NCBI RefSeq assembly: GCF_001194135.2
Contig: NC_068992.1
Coordinates: forward strand, 65,981,247 to 66,045,246
From: Octopus bimaculoides
Lineage: Eukaryota
Direction of reading: 5' to 3'
Length of the DNA stretch: 64,000 nt
In this document: piece by piece, positions 62,663-64,000 of the stretch
Position numbering within the stretch: position 1 is the stretch's first letter
How the letters are laid out: the number at the start of each line of letters is the position of its first letter
Notes under the pieces: generated by a model
What the model was told of the DNA's origin: nothing
Seen by the model: the letters and a program-made list of their open reading frames with translations, nothing else
Databases searched by the model: none
Translations under genes and position numbers: made by a program

Positions 62663-63729
62663 TAGTAATATAACAGATTCCGGACAATCAATGCCCGTAA
62701 AATCCGTGTATATCATTTTCCACTCTGAGTTAGAACATAGCTGCCTGTATACAACAAGTTTTCTCTTTCTAGTTGTGCGGCGATCAAAGTTAATTCTTTC
62801 CTCATATTTCTAATGTATTTAACAAGAGTACATTTATCAAATAGTTCCGCTATCTGTTACCAGGGATAATCTCTCACGGTTCATGATTCGTGCTGATATA
62901 TGAGAGAGAGAAAAAGAGAGAGAGGGGGGAGAAATAAATAAATATTCTATTAATTATCAAACAACACAAAAATAAACATCAATTAAATGGAAACAAATAA
63001 AAAAATCAACAGGTAATTGAACAAAGAAACAAAGCAAAAGCGATATAGAGAAGATATTTTTTTTATTCCCCAGGAAAAATAAAAACGGTCTTAATGGTGG
63101 CCAGAATAAATATGTTTGGGGCTCAGAAAGGGAGGAACACGATAAATTTCCAATCGATGGAACCATTTTACATACCATGTAGCTAATGTTGTCAGAGAGG
63201 AAAGAGCGTCAGGATTTACCATTTCCTCTCTACTTCAAAGAAGTAATCAAACAATTATTAATCTTAATGTTATATTAATGGTATACAGCAACGACAACAA
63301 CAACTAAAACTAATGGTTCTTTGAGATAATGATAGACGCTAGAGAAAGCTTACACAAAAATTCCATCATCATGTATACACATACACACACGTATATTTAT
63401 ATACACAGATATAAACATACACATACATACATAAATAGATAAATACACACATACATACATACGTACATACGTACATACATACATACATAAATTAATACAT
63501 ACACACATACATACATACATACATACATACTCGTTCAAAGTAATGGTTACTACTGAAATATATAATAGATTTGAAAAATATACACAATGTTGGAAAATGG
63601 AGGGAGTTGCCTGATGGTATGTGTACGTATGCGTGTGTATGTGCATGTATATGTGTGAATGAGTGTATGTATGTGTGTGAGTGTAATTTTCTGAGTTTGT
63701 GAGTATTTGTGTATGCGTTNNNNNNNNNN

Positions 63730-63770
<41 letters not shown>

Positions 63771-63935
63771 ATATATGTGGGTGAGTATGCATGCATGTGT
63801 TTTTGTCTATGAATGTACGTATGCACGGTTATCGATGTGTGTATATGTGTGTCTGTATGTGTATGTTTGTATGTGTGGTTATCTGAGTGTACGACACGTA
63901 TGGTTAACTATATGCGTGTATATGTGAGGTTATTT

Positions 63936-64000
<65 letters not shown>

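Overview
AT-rich, microsatellite-saturated metazoan DNA with 22 assembly gaps, most of them flanked by (TA)n, (CA)n or (TG)n tracts. The SINE content and repeat density look like an octopus or other coleoid cephalopod scaffold; this is recollection-based inference, not a database result. I find no convincing host protein-coding gene, tRNA, rRNA or CRISPR array, and nearly every listed ORF is a translation of a microsatellite or an N-run. The supportable content is transposon debris: an L1/Tx1-type RT pseudogene (50693-52235), two R4/Dong-type restriction-endonuclease LINE 3' ends (18075-19113, 36950-37302), two non-autonomous mariner derivatives (852-1358, 10979-11417) and about 20 copies of three or four tRNA-derived SINE families. 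The most interesting signal is a set of short dispersed repeats carrying minimal type I hammerhead ribozyme motifs. One is nearly intact (46040-46083, minus strand) and several are decayed, including one inside a 14-bp target-site duplication with an internal inversion. This points to several Penelope-like or retrozyme-like families. Other leads are foldback elements, a tandem SINE array with a decay gradient, a SINE with an internal expanding microsatellite, a candidate spliced minus-strand transcript near a miR-7-complementary site, and a higher-order minisatellite.
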